Assembly (NCBI GenBank): GCA_000965745.1
Contig: CP009479.1
Location: forward strand, 1,856,001-1,920,000
Reading direction: 5' to 3'
Source: an uncultured archaeon
Lineage (GTDB): Archaea; Thermoplasmatota; Thermoplasmata; Thermoplasmatales; Thermoplasmataceae
DNA: 64,000 nt
This document shows, piece by piece, positions 1-9,641 of this stretch. The position numbers and the translations under genes were made by a program. The notes beneath the pieces were generated by a model. That model did no database searches. It was not told where the DNA came from and was given only the letters and a program-made list of their open reading frames with translations. Position 1 is the first letter of the stretch. The number at the start of each line of letters is the position of its first letter.

Positions 1-119
1 GGAGTAAAGAGGAGTTTCTAAGAGCCATATCCAACGGAAAACATCTTCCTCAGAAATCGACTTACTTCTTCCCAAAGGTACTCTCAGGGATAGCTATAAA
101 CGCATACCTCGGAGAATGA
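1..119 (+). CDS. 3' end of DUF1015-family protein (partial, starts before window)
   Basis: Frame from nt 3 reads SKEEFLRAISNGKHLPQKSTYFFPKVLSGIAINAYLGE*; PQKSTYFxPK is the typical DUF1015 C-terminal motif; TGA at 117-119. Confidence 0.75.
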   Translation, partial: SKEEFLRAISNGKHLPQKSTYFFPKVLSGIAINAYLGE

Positions 120-280
120 AACTCTTAACCTTTTCCATCCATTTTTCCCAATCATTTGGGAATTGAGATTCAGTGAGCCTGTATGTGCCACAGTAGTTCA
201 CCTGACCTCTGACAGGTGGACCGGCATCTGTGCGATAACATTGAAAGGTCATATACCTACAACCGATTAACCAAGCATCG

Positions 281-865
281 ATGGTATCCGAAATACTCGT
301 AGCAAGACACGGAGAAACTGATTGGAACTTTAATGGAAAATGGCAGGGGCATACCGACCGTCCACTCAACGAAAGAGGGCTGGAACAGGCGAGGGTTCTT
401 GCTACCAAGCTCTCCTCAATCAGGATAGATTCGATATACGCAAGTGATCTTGCACGTGCAAGAACAACAGCAGAGATCATTGCCAGTGCTGTTGGCGTGA
501 GTAATGTGGAAATAGACGCCCGGCTTCGGGAGAGGAATCTGGGGTCATTTGAAGGATTGTCGAGTGACGAGATATGTGCAATCCTGGGTATTCCGAGGCA
601 CAAACTTACAATAAAGGAGATAGGGGCCAATGAAACCATAGAGAAATGGGGAAGTTTCGCCAATCGTATCAGGAGTGCTGTTGATGACATAAGAGCAAGA
701 AACAGTGACAAAAGGGTCCTGATTGTAGCACATGGCGGAGTCATGGCTGCCCTGTCCATGATCATACTGAATGATTTTGAAACACCGAGAAAGTTCACGA
801 ACGGAGAAATAATCAGGCTGTCATTCGAGGACGAGTGGTCCATTCAGTTTAGCGGCTCTCAGTAA
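281..865 (+). CDS. histidine phosphatase (phosphoglycerate mutase-like) family protein
   Basis: RHGET N-terminal motif, SDLARARTT, LRERNLG, AHGG. Confidence 0.9.
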   Translation: MVSEILVARHGETDWNFNGKWQGHTDRPLNERGLEQARVLATKLSSIRIDSIYASDLARARTTAEIIASAVGVSNVEIDARLRERNLGSFEGLSSDEICAILGIPRHKLTIKEIGANETIEKWGSFANRIRSAVDDIRARNSDKRVLIVAHGGVMAALSMIILNDFETPRKFTNGEIIRLSFEDEWSIQFSGSQ

Positions 866-928
866 AACTTGCCATAACTCAGCGCCAGCGGAAGGCTAAT
901 TTATTATTCCTGTCCAGCATCTAACTTT

Positions 929-1345
929 ATGCAGTGGAAGAGAGACGGGAACGATTTCATCGTCAAGGTGGAGAGAGGAGAGGATGTGAAGGGTTCCATA
1001 ATGGATGTGGTGCAGAAAAATAATGTTAAGGCCGGCTCAATCCTGTGGGCGGTAGGCATGATCCAGGACCTTGAAATAGGCTACTTCAATGGAAAGGAGT
1101 ATGAAAAGGAAAAATATGAGGGGCCACTGGAAGTTGTCTCTTTTCATGGTTCGATAGCAGAGAACGACCCCCGTATGCATATACATGTTTCCGTTGCTGA
1201 CAGAAGCCACGGTGTAGTAGGAGGCCATCTCTTTGAAGGTGTGGCGAACCCGCTTCTTGAAGTCCACATTCAAAAACTTGAGAATATTACTTTGAAGAGG
1301 AAGTACAGTGAGTCTTCCACCCTGAAGGAACTTGAAGTCAGCTGA
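929..1345 (+). CDS. PPC/DUF296 domain protein
   Basis: GEDV start, EVVSFHGSI, HIHVSVAD...GGHL motifs. Confidence 0.85.
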   Translation: MQWKRDGNDFIVKVERGEDVKGSIMDVVQKNNVKAGSILWAVGMIQDLEIGYFNGKEYEKEKYEGPLEVVSFHGSIAENDPRMHIHVSVADRSHGVVGGHLFEGVANPLLEVHIQKLENITLKRKYSESSTLKELEVS

Positions 1346-2375
1346 TGGGGCTGTATATCGAAGAGATAACCTGATCCACAATCCCCTTATCCAGGGAGAG
1401 GCGGTTCAGTTCATGCCTCATTTGCTCCAGCCCAAAACCATGCTCAGAGAGTGTTTCGGTAACACCCAGCTTGCGAATCAGGCCCTGCACAAGCTCATAA
1501 CTCTTCCCTGAAAGTTCTGAAGTGTTGTCTCCCCTGAACCCAAGCCTGTTTGCAAGGTCTGACAGGCTTTTCTTCTTCCTTTCCATGCAATAGTAGGCAG
1601 TGAGGGGGAGAACCACAGCAGCGATAAGTTCATCTGGCATGTCCATGGATTTCTTCAGGCTGTTCCTGATAGGTGTCATTGGATCCCTGCTGACGGAGTA
1701 CCCGTCCTCTTTTGAGTACCATGATGACAGGAAGCTTTCCATCCTTGATTCCATGCTCTGTCCGGGAAGATTTATTATAAGCCTTTCAAGGGATGAAAGA
1801 AGCAGGTCCTCAACCTCAGTGCTTATGTCGTCCCTCATCAGGTTTGAGAATGTGTAGTCCATGACGCTCAGGCCTGATGAGTACCAGATGGAAGCGTCTG
1901 TTTCGACGCTTGATTGCGGGTCAAGAATCACGGTTTCGGGAATGAGCGATGCCTCAGAAACATGGTTGATTTCATCGCCAATCCTGTACTCGGCCCAATC
2001 TGAGAATGAAGAGACCGTCAGAGTTGTAGGGATTGCCATATGGTGCGCTCCGTGTGCATAATAATATTTCAGGAGCTTTGATGACCATATGACACTGGCA
2101 TCGCCGACGGAGATTATGGAGTCGCATTCTTTGTTCCTGTACGCCTCGGTAAGATGCTCCACTTCCGGGAGCGGGGGGCCGTATGTTATCTCCCTGAATT
2201 CAGAATACCCATTTTCCAGCTCTTCGGTAAGTTTCCTGTAGAAGTTTGTGGACGAGTATCCTGTAGTGGAGACGATGAGAGGGTTACTGCTCCCCTTCTC
2301 CTTGATATATTCTGCTGCTGATTTGACTGTGTCGATGCCGTAAATGAGCTTTCTGCCATTGGACTGGACTGGCAT
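1338..2375 (-). CDS. degenerate iron-containing alcohol dehydrogenase/maleylacetate reductase-fold protein
   Basis: Fe-ADH skeleton (DSIISVG, AIPTTL, VILDP, LP..L..G) but GGGS is replaced by GDAS and the His metal ligands are absent; starts 4 nt after the hmgA stop. Confidence 0.7.
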   Translation of the reverse strand: MPVQSNGRKLIYGIDTVKSAAEYIKEKGSSNPLIVSTTGYSSTNFYRKLTEELENGYSEFREITYGPPLPEVEHLTEAYRNKECDSIISVGDASVIWSSKLLKYYYAHGAHHMAIPTTLTVSSFSDWAEYRIGDEINHVSEASLIPETVILDPQSSVETDASIWYSSGLSVMDYTFSNLMRDDISTEVEDLLLSSLERLIINLPGQSMESRMESFLSSWYSKEDGYSVSRDPMTPIRNSLKKSMDMPDELIAAVVLPLTAYYCMERKKKSLSDLANRLGFRGDNTSELSGKSYELVQGLIRKLGVTETLSEHGFGLEQMRHELNRLSLDKGIVDQVISSIYSPIS

Positions 2376-2379
2376 GCTT

Positions 2380-3525
2380 CTACTGATACCAGGAAGACAT
2401 ATACTTCTTGTCCTCTATTTCCGATCCTTCCCTGGTGACTTTCAGTGGTTTGTAAGCTTCTACCATGACGGCTATTTCGTCTGTCTCCTCCTTCCCTATG
2501 GAAGCGTCGACGGCTCCCGGCTGAGGACCATGAATGAGCCCCCTTACGTGCAGGGTCATGGAACCGGGGCCTATGCCCTTCCTGCTCATGAAGTTTCCAG
2601 ATGAATAGAATAGAACTTCATCTGTGTCGATGTTGCTATGATAGTATGAGATAGGTATGGAATGGGGGTGAAAATCGAATTTTCTTGGGAGGAATGTACC
2701 GACCATGAAAGAGGGCCCGCTGAAGGTCTCATGGACGGGTGGAGGCTGATGCAGTTTCCCAACGATAGGGGCCATAAGGCTCACGTTTATTGTGAACGGG
2801 TACAGATAGCCATCCCAGCCAACAACGTCCAAGGGGTTTCTGTCGCGCTCCTCTGAAATGTAATAATCGTCATAATCCACGAGCACAGTATACCTTCCAG
2901 CGTCATTGGAAGGTTCCTCCAGCACAGGTACCCTTATGTCCCTGGTATAATATGGCGTGCCTTCCTTGAGCTGGCCGTACTTGTTCAGGTATCTCCCCGG
3001 TATTGAAATTCGTTCCCTTGACTCCAGGTAGAAAAATTCCGAATTCATTTCATATTCCGCAGAGTAAGTTGTGCCCTTGGGGATGTAAACATAATCGCCC
3101 TTGCTGAACCCCAGGCTGCCCAGAACGCTCCTCAAAACACCCTTTCCCTCGTGGACAAAAAGAAGCTGGTCCCTAAGCGCGTGCCTGAAATAATTCTCCA
3201 TGGGTTTCTCGGGTTTCACCGTTCCCATTCTTACATCATCGTTGAACAGGACTGGCCTCCTTCCTGAAACCAGATCCCCTGATGGCTTGAAGAATGAGGT
3301 CGAGAAGTGCCTGTGAAGAAGTTCGTCGGTCGATTTTTCATTTATGGGCTCCTTCATTACTTTCGTGACTTTCTTTACCCTTGTTGGCTCACCCAGGTGG
3401 TACAACAATGAATATGGGCCGTCAAAACCCTCTTCGCCGAATAACTCCTCCTTGTATATCCTTGACCTGTCAATGTAAGTATGCCTGCTCTCAGGCACTT
3501 CCCCCTGCTTTACATAATACACCAT
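2380..3525 (-). CDS. hmgA: homogentisate 1,2-dioxygenase
   Basis: EELFGEEGFDGPYSLLYH, DVVGWDG, HQPPPVH, YYHSNIDTDEVLFY, HGPQPG; SD AGGTGA 4 nt before ATG. Confidence 0.92.
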   Translation of the reverse strand: MVYYVKQGEVPESRHTYIDRSRIYKEELFGEEGFDGPYSLLYHLGEPTRVKKVTKVMKEPINEKSTDELLHRHFSTSFFKPSGDLVSGRRPVLFNDDVRMGTVKPEKPMENYFRHALRDQLLFVHEGKGVLRSVLGSLGFSKGDYVYIPKGTTYSAEYEMNSEFFYLESRERISIPGRYLNKYGQLKEGTPYYTRDIRVPVLEEPSNDAGRYTVLVDYDDYYISEERDRNPLDVVGWDGYLYPFTINVSLMAPIVGKLHQPPPVHETFSGPSFMVGTFLPRKFDFHPHSIPISYYHSNIDTDEVLFYSSGNFMSRKGIGPGSMTLHVRGLIHGPQPGAVDASIGKEETDEIAVMVEAYKPLKVTREGSEIEDKKYMSSWYQ

Positions 3526-3533
3526 AATGTCAC

Positions 3534-4436
3534 CTACACAACTTTGCTGATTAATTTTCCCAGGGCGTCAGATTCAAACACGACTGTATCACCCCTGTTA
3601 AGCCAGCCATACTTCTCAGGGCCTAGTTCGAGGATACACCCGGTACCGACAGTCCCTGACATGATTACGTCACCAGGGAACAGGGTGACTTCATTCGATG
3701 CCCTCTCTATCATGTCTCCAAACCCCCAGTACATTGTCTTGAGATTGGCATCACTGTACTTCCTGCCGTTAACGTATCCCTGGATACTTATGTCAAATCT
3801 CCCACTTTTCTCTTCAAGGTCCCACAGTTCCCTTCCTGCGAGAATATGGGGGCCAAAGCTCGTCCCGAAATCTTTGCTCTTGGCCGGGCCAAGGTTGAGT
3901 TTCATCTCCTTCTTCTGCTCGTCACGGGCACTCCAGTCATTCATCAGGAATGCCCCGGCTATATGATCTGCTGCCCCGGTAGCTGAAATGTCCCTTCCCT
4001 CCTTTCCTATAACTACAGCGGCCTCGAGCTCAAAATCAAGCTGTCCGGTGTATCGCGGGTATCTCACATCCTCGCCTGACGGATACAGAGAGGAGGTTCC
4101 AGAGTAATAAAAAACGGGAATTTCGTACCATTCGGGAACCATTTCCAGTCCCCTGCTATTTCTGCCAGCCTTTACATGCTCTTCAAAGGCGTAGAAATCC
4201 CTGATCTGGTTTACCTTAGGAACCGGAATGTCATGCTGCCAGGGTTCCGGTACAACACCCCTTCCGCCTTTTGCGGCTTCAACAAGGTCGTTTTCATGGT
4301 GGAGGATTATGTCGTAGAACTGGTCTGATATTGCCTTCTCGTCAATCCCCATTATGGTGGAAATTGAGTGTGCGCTGCCTCCTTCGAAGATTACGGAAAG
4401 TGTCTGCCCATCTTTTCTTATTCTGCCGACCTTCAA
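3534..4436 (-). CDS. fumarylacetoacetate hydrolase family protein
   Basis: RDFYAFEEH, LDFELE, NDWSARD, KSKDF, PGDVIMSGT; lies between hppD and hmgA. Confidence 0.9.
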   Translation of the reverse strand: MKVGRIRKDGQTLSVIFEGGSAHSISTIMGIDEKAISDQFYDIILHHENDLVEAAKGGRGVVPEPWQHDIPVPKVNQIRDFYAFEEHVKAGRNSRGLEMVPEWYEIPVFYYSGTSSLYPSGEDVRYPRYTGQLDFELEAAVVIGKEGRDISATGAADHIAGAFLMNDWSARDEQKKEMKLNLGPAKSKDFGTSFGPHILAGRELWDLEEKSGRFDISIQGYVNGRKYSDANLKTMYWGFGDMIERASNEVTLFPGDVIMSGTVGTGCILELGPEKYGWLNRGDTVVFESDALGKLISKVV

Positions 4437-5525
4437 TCAGAGATTACCCCTTCTTGCCTGCTCCACTTCAATAGACTCGAACAGTGCCTTGAAGTTTCCC
4501 TTGCCGAAGGACCTTGCCCCCTTTCTCTGTATTATCTCATAGAAGAAAGTTGGCCTGTCCCCGGTTGGCTTGGTGAATATCTGAAGCAGATAACCGGATT
4601 CATCCCTGTCCACAAGTATCTTCAGGTCCCTGAGCTTCTCCACATTTTCATCTATTTCCCCGACACGCTGGTTCAGGGTATCATAATATATGTCCGGGGT
4701 GTCCAGAAACTCTATGCCGCGTTTCTTCAGGTCGGACACAGTTTTGACAATATCGTCGGTTTCAAGGGCTATGTGCTGAACGCCCGGGGAGTTGTAGTAA
4801 TCAAGGTACTCCTGTATCTGTGATTTCTTCATCCCGAGTGCAGGCTCGTTAATCGGGAACACTATCTTCCTGTCATTGTAATGGACAACCTTGGACCTGA
4901 GGGCCGAATATTTCGTTGAGATATCCTTATCGTCAAAGCTCATTAGCTGGTCGAATCCCAGGCCTTTGACATAGTAGTCAACCCATTTGTCCATAAGACT
5001 GTCCTCGACGTTTCCCACCGCGTGATCGACTTTTTTCAGGCCTATCGGGTCAAGCGTCCTGTCATACACCTCTTCAAATCCAGGCGGTATGCTGCCTTCA
5101 TATTCTGAAAAGTCAGTAATGGTATGGACTGTCTCGCCAAATGTTGGGAGGACTGCCTTCCTTATCCTGCCATTCTCCGTCTTCTGTTCCCTGACCTTAC
5201 CCGGCTTTACGAGGCCTCTTCCTTCAACATACTTTACTGTGTAGTCTATATTCGGCACAGCAAGTTCAACATCCTTGACCCCATCTCCGTGCACCCTCAT
5301 ATGATCGGCGATTGGCGACGAGGGATTGAGAAAAGAAGTGAAAATCATCCTGATTGAACTCTGTTCCATCAAATATGAAACTCGATCCCTGACACCGGTT
5401 TCAGGCCCTGAATATGCCCTGAACCTGAATCCCATGCCGTGTTCATGCATGAAGGCCCATTGCCTTGCCGATCCAACATAGAACTCGATGGTGTTAACAG
5501 AATCAAAGGCATTTTCATCTGTCAT
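4437..5525 (-). CDS. hppD: 4-hydroxyphenylpyruvate dioxygenase
   Basis: HGDGVKD, DHAVGNV, SQIQEYL, GVQHIAL, LLQIFTKP, FYEIIQRKG, FGKGNFKALFESIE. Confidence 0.95.
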   Translation of the reverse strand: MTDENAFDSVNTIEFYVGSARQWAFMHEHGMGFRFRAYSGPETGVRDRVSYLMEQSSIRMIFTSFLNPSSPIADHMRVHGDGVKDVELAVPNIDYTVKYVEGRGLVKPGKVREQKTENGRIRKAVLPTFGETVHTITDFSEYEGSIPPGFEEVYDRTLDPIGLKKVDHAVGNVEDSLMDKWVDYYVKGLGFDQLMSFDDKDISTKYSALRSKVVHYNDRKIVFPINEPALGMKKSQIQEYLDYYNSPGVQHIALETDDIVKTVSDLKKRGIEFLDTPDIYYDTLNQRVGEIDENVEKLRDLKILVDRDESGYLLQIFTKPTGDRPTFFYEIIQRKGARSFGKGNFKALFESIEVEQARRGNL

Positions 5526-5583
5526 ATATCAGTATAAGAGTCCTTGGATATAACTATTTTCTCTCTGAGGCCGTAAAATAGCG

Positions 5584-5598
5584 TGTTACAAGATAACA
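5584..5598. promoter_or_regulatory. palindrome TGTTA-N5-TAACA in the hppD/cld divergent intergenic region (candidate operator)
   Basis: Perfect 5-bp inverted repeat about 60 nt upstream of the hppD start; function inferred only. Confidence 0.3.
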
Positions 5599-5746
5599 AG
5601 TGGCTATTCGATTCAACAACAGTTCCAAGGGACAAGAAACAGAAAATTGTCGTTGATGTGGGTTCCAGAGGTGCATTCCGGTCAATGTTGTGTCTGCACT
5701 ACTAGAAACAGATATCTATTTTCAACGAATATCCCCCATGATATTA

Positions 5747-6406
5747 TTGTCTGGCGAAATTTACATGATGGTGCTTTCCTACAGGTTCACCGATGATTTC
5801 TGGGTGCAGGATTCCTACAGGCAGAACAACATACTGAAAGCTGTTAACAGAATTGTAAATGATGAGAGCAATGAGCTCATACACCTAAAAACGTACAAGG
5901 GAATAAGGTATGACAGCGACGTTATATTCTGGATGTCTTCCTACAAACCGGAGGCGCTGACTGAGGTCAGGTTCAAGATAAACAGGTACTTCGGCGGATA
6001 TGCTGGCACGAACTACGGGATGATATCCCTTTACGAGCATTCGCCCTACCTGAAAAAAGATGGAGAGCTGTCGGATACCTTGACACAGGAGCCGCTGAAA
6101 TACTTTGTTGCATACCCTATGAGCAAACTTTCCGAATGGTACCTGATGGATTATGAGGAGAGGAAGAAGATACTCGCCGAGCATATAGGAATGGCGTCCA
6201 GCAGTCCTGAAAGCAAGGGAATCAGGTCATACACCACTTATTCGCACGGGCTTGATGACCAGGAATTTGTCGTACTGTACGAAGTTGAGTCGCTCAGTGA
6301 CTGGTCCCACGTTACTGCCAAGTTAAGAGAGGCCAGGGCAAGAAAGTGGATCATAAAGGAAACGCCCATAATCACTGGCGTTCTTGCGGATCTGGACAAT
6401 TTCTGA
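5747..6406 (+). CDS. chlorite dismutase/HemQ-family heme-binding protein
   Basis: YFVAYPMSK..WY, EHIGMA, RSYTTYS.G..DQEFVVLYE, LREARARKW; resembles the Thermoplasma Cld-like protein. Start uncertain (TTG 5747 or ATG 5765). Confidence 0.85.
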   Translation: MSGEIYMMVLSYRFTDDFWVQDSYRQNNILKAVNRIVNDESNELIHLKTYKGIRYDSDVIFWMSSYKPEALTEVRFKINRYFGGYAGTNYGMISLYEHSPYLKKDGELSDTLTQEPLKYFVAYPMSKLSEWYLMDYEERKKILAEHIGMASSSPESKGIRSYTTYSHGLDDQEFVVLYEVESLSDWSHVTAKLREARARKWIIKETPIITGVLADLDNF

Positions 6407-6414
6407 TTCCGGAT

Positions 6415-9400
6415 TCACAATAGCCTTCTATCATCAAGGATCTTGCCGTTCCGGTTTATTCTCTCAATTGCCTCGCTTATTGCCCTGTCCAGTTGGGGGT
6501 CCGACCCTTCTGCAAAGTTTTCGGGTGGATATTCCACCTCAATTGTCGGATCGGTACCATAGTTTTCAACATTCCATCCGACATCCTTGAACCAGAATGC
6601 GTATTGGGGCTGGGTGATTATGGTTCCGTCGACGAGATTGTGTCTTGGGTCAATACCCACGACACCGCCCCATGTTCGTGTCCCTATCAGCGGGCCGATA
6701 CCGTACAGCTTGAAGGAATGGCTGAAAATATCGCCGTCCGACCCGGCGAATTCATTGGTAACGGCAACTATTGGCCCATTCACGGAATATTGGGGGTAGT
6801 GCTGAAGCTTTCCCTTCCTTGGTTTGTCGAACCCAATAATCTTGCGGTTCAGCTTTTCCAGGATAAGTTCTGAAACATGCCCGCCCCCATTGTACCTTAC
6901 ATCCACAATAAGCCCCTCATGGCTGGATTCCTCGGGGAGAAGCCTGTGGAATTCGTTGAAGCCGTTCGGCCCCATGTCGGGAATATGGAGGTATCCTACC
7001 TTTCCGCCACTCTTTTCATGGACATACTTTCTGTTACTTTCAACCCATGATCTGTATAAGAGCATCTTATCCTGCACGAGAGTCCTGACAAAAGTCGTGA
7101 ATTTCCTTGTTCCCGTGTTTATACCGAGGATTGCATCCTCCCCCGCGTGATTGACAAGAGCCGCGTGGGGCGTGTATGTTTCGGTAAGCTTCTTGCCATT
7201 GATAGTTTCAATGACGTACCCTTCCCTGATCTCTTCATGAGCCATCAGAAGTGGCGATTTCTCATTCTCGTTTGACGGGTTTCCAAGGTAAATATGCCTG
7301 ATCGCATACCCATCTACTGTGTATTCCAGGTCGGCGCCAAGTTTTCCGACTGAAAACGCACCCTCCTGGGAAATTTCCGGGTTAATCTCGTATGCGTGGG
7401 ATGTGCCGAGTTCCCCCTGCAGTTCCCTTATGACGTCGGAGAGCTCGTACCTGGATCCGATCCTGTCCAGAAGGGGTTCGTATTTCCTGTATTCGTCCAG
7501 CCAGGAGTCACATACCTTTTCACTGTTCCAGTAATTTTCCCTCATGAGCCTCCATGCCTCCCTGAACATCTGTTTCCATTCCTCGGCAGGCTCTATCCTG
7601 CATTTTATCCTCCCCGTATCTATATAGCCTGAGGACCTTGAGGGGGATTCCTCGCCGGACATTTTCTCCTCAGTCTTATCTGGCTTGATCACCCTGAACA
7701 GTGAAGCTGCTTCAACCATGATGCTTTTCAAGTCCCCGCTCAACACTGCAGATGAGACGCCGGATATGACCGTGATAGTGTTTCCGTCCTCAAGACTGTA
7801 GGCTATAAGTTCGCCGTTCGGCCGGCCAGGCTTGCCAAACAATGACGTGCCCATTGATCCTTCTACGGGGAATTTCAAAAACATGACACGGTCTTCAGTG
7901 GCGAGAAGTTGTGAGTAATTGGAGCTGCCAACGGGAAAGGGCTCTGACCTGTACTCAATCCCTTCAAGTTCCACAGAAGCGTCAACCTCCTCTTCTTTAT
8001 CCTCTTTCCTGAACGTATCAGGAACCACCCGGAAGGGTGAGCTGACATCTTTTCTGAGTGCAGCAGCATAAGGCTTAGATGCGGTCGGGTACCCGAGATC
8101 GAATACTACTTTGTCGTATACGGGGTCAAGTGTTCTTCTTGAAAGGTAGTATAGATAGCGGTTCTTTGGGTCAAAATACGGGGAATAGTCCACAGATCCG
8201 GTGGTTGTGACCTGGCACTTCTCCCCTTTCTCAATGTCGGCGATCATAATGACGCTGCCCTCACCTTCTGTGGGGCTTGTGTAAGACAGGAATTTGCCGT
8301 TGAAGTTCCATACTGGATCTCCAATGATTCCATTTTTATTCTCATCCAGAAGGCGCACCTCCCCAGACGGCACTCCAGCCAGAAACAACTGGAACCTGTT
8401 GTTCGATATTGCCAGATTTTCGCCGTCTGGCGATGGGGCCAGGTATTCGATTGTACCGAAATCGCCCTCCAGATATTTCAGTGAAAAATCACGCACATCG
8501 AAAATGAATATCCTTTCTTCAGGTCCGTCGTCGATGACTCCGGCAACCTTCCGCCGGATGTTTCCAAGAAAACAGGCCAGCCTGATCCTCCCGGGAACGT
8601 AGTTTGATACTTCGACCACCGGGCCTTCCCAGTTTCCCATCGCGAAAAGGTGTCCGCGCACCACATAAAGGGATGCCTCACCATTGTGGTTGAGATCGTA
8701 TTCGGTCATAAATTTCTCATTTTCAACGAACCTTGGCAACTTCTTTCTTCCCGTTTGTCGCGTGTCTATTTCTACTTTTGAAGCTTTTCCGTTTTCCGGT
8801 GAGAACTCGTAGATGTCGCCACCGTTCTGAAATACGATTTTAGACCCGTCCCCTTTGGCATTTCTCACATAATACCTGTCGAAATCGGTGTGTTTCCTCA
8901 GTCCCCTGCCATCAAGATCAACGGAGTAGAGATTGCCATGCCCCTCGTGGTCAGATATGAAGTACAATCTGTCCTTCAGGAGGACGGGAGAATTTATGTT
9001 TGAGTCCATTTCCAGGAATTTGCTGAATTTTTTTCCGCCGTCAGACGAGATCCATATCTTTCCTCTTAAGCCACCTTTGTATCTTTTCCAGAATGTCAGA
9101 TCATTGGTGTTTCTCCCCAGGAATATTGTCTGCCCCCGGTAGATTATTGACGTCGCGGGACCGTAGCCGACTGGAACGGGGTACCCTCCCATCAGGTCAA
9201 GAGTAAACAGTTCGTTTACCCTGCTGAATGGGTTCTTCATGTCCGATGAAACCACGAGTTTACCATCGGGAGTCCACCCGGCAATATCAGTTCCTGGTGA
9301 GCCCATGTGTGTGAGCTGCCTGATCTCTCCTCCCTCTGTTGGTATGGCAAATATTTCTGAGACGGTGGAATTTTCTCCCCTTTTCAATACAAATGCTATG

Positions 9401-9561
9401 TTTTTGCCGTCCGGGGAGAAAGAAGGGCTAGCTATTACACCTGAATTTGAAACAATTCTTGCAATACTTGCCTTCTTAGTGTCATGCAGCCAGAGGTCGT
9501 CCTCTGATGTGAAAACTATGTTGTTTCCTGAAACAGCCGGGTATGAATAATAAGAGGCCAT
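6415..9561 (-). CDS. tri: tricorn protease (S41)
   Basis: 1048 aa, beta-propeller repeats, WKRYKGG, GELGTSHAYE, DVRYNGGG, AGSDGDIF, GTRTWGGVVGI, VENYGTDP. Confidence 0.95.
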   Translation of the reverse strand: MASYYSYPAVSGNNIVFTSEDDLWLHDTKKASIARIVSNSGVIASPSFSPDGKNIAFVLKRGENSTVSEIFAIPTEGGEIRQLTHMGSPGTDIAGWTPDGKLVVSSDMKNPFSRVNELFTLDLMGGYPVPVGYGPATSIIYRGQTIFLGRNTNDLTFWKRYKGGLRGKIWISSDGGKKFSKFLEMDSNINSPVLLKDRLYFISDHEGHGNLYSVDLDGRGLRKHTDFDRYYVRNAKGDGSKIVFQNGGDIYEFSPENGKASKVEIDTRQTGRKKLPRFVENEKFMTEYDLNHNGEASLYVVRGHLFAMGNWEGPVVEVSNYVPGRIRLACFLGNIRRKVAGVIDDGPEERIFIFDVRDFSLKYLEGDFGTIEYLAPSPDGENLAISNNRFQLFLAGVPSGEVRLLDENKNGIIGDPVWNFNGKFLSYTSPTEGEGSVIMIADIEKGEKCQVTTTGSVDYSPYFDPKNRYLYYLSRRTLDPVYDKVVFDLGYPTASKPYAAALRKDVSSPFRVVPDTFRKEDKEEEVDASVELEGIEYRSEPFPVGSSNYSQLLATEDRVMFLKFPVEGSMGTSLFGKPGRPNGELIAYSLEDGNTITVISGVSSAVLSGDLKSIMVEAASLFRVIKPDKTEEKMSGEESPSRSSGYIDTGRIKCRIEPAEEWKQMFREAWRLMRENYWNSEKVCDSWLDEYRKYEPLLDRIGSRYELSDVIRELQGELGTSHAYEINPEISQEGAFSVGKLGADLEYTVDGYAIRHIYLGNPSNENEKSPLLMAHEEIREGYVIETINGKKLTETYTPHAALVNHAGEDAILGINTGTRKFTTFVRTLVQDKMLLYRSWVESNRKYVHEKSGGKVGYLHIPDMGPNGFNEFHRLLPEESSHEGLIVDVRYNGGGHVSELILEKLNRKIIGFDKPRKGKLQHYPQYSVNGPIVAVTNEFAGSDGDIFSHSFKLYGIGPLIGTRTWGGVVGIDPRHNLVDGTIITQPQYAFWFKDVGWNVENYGTDPTIEVEYPPENFAEGSDPQLDRAISEAIERINRNGKILDDRRLL

Positions 9562-9641
9562 GCGGAGTGATAAAGACCTGATTCAATATGTCTTCGCATT
9601 AAAGCCCGTAATGTTTAAATCAGGTTTGGAATGAACAGTGC

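Noticed and set aside
94-843. 249-aa minus-strand ORF and other long antisense ORFs (e.g. 13545-14702, 33484-34149)
   Set aside because: They are shadows of motif-supported genes on the opposite strand and have no recognisable motifs.
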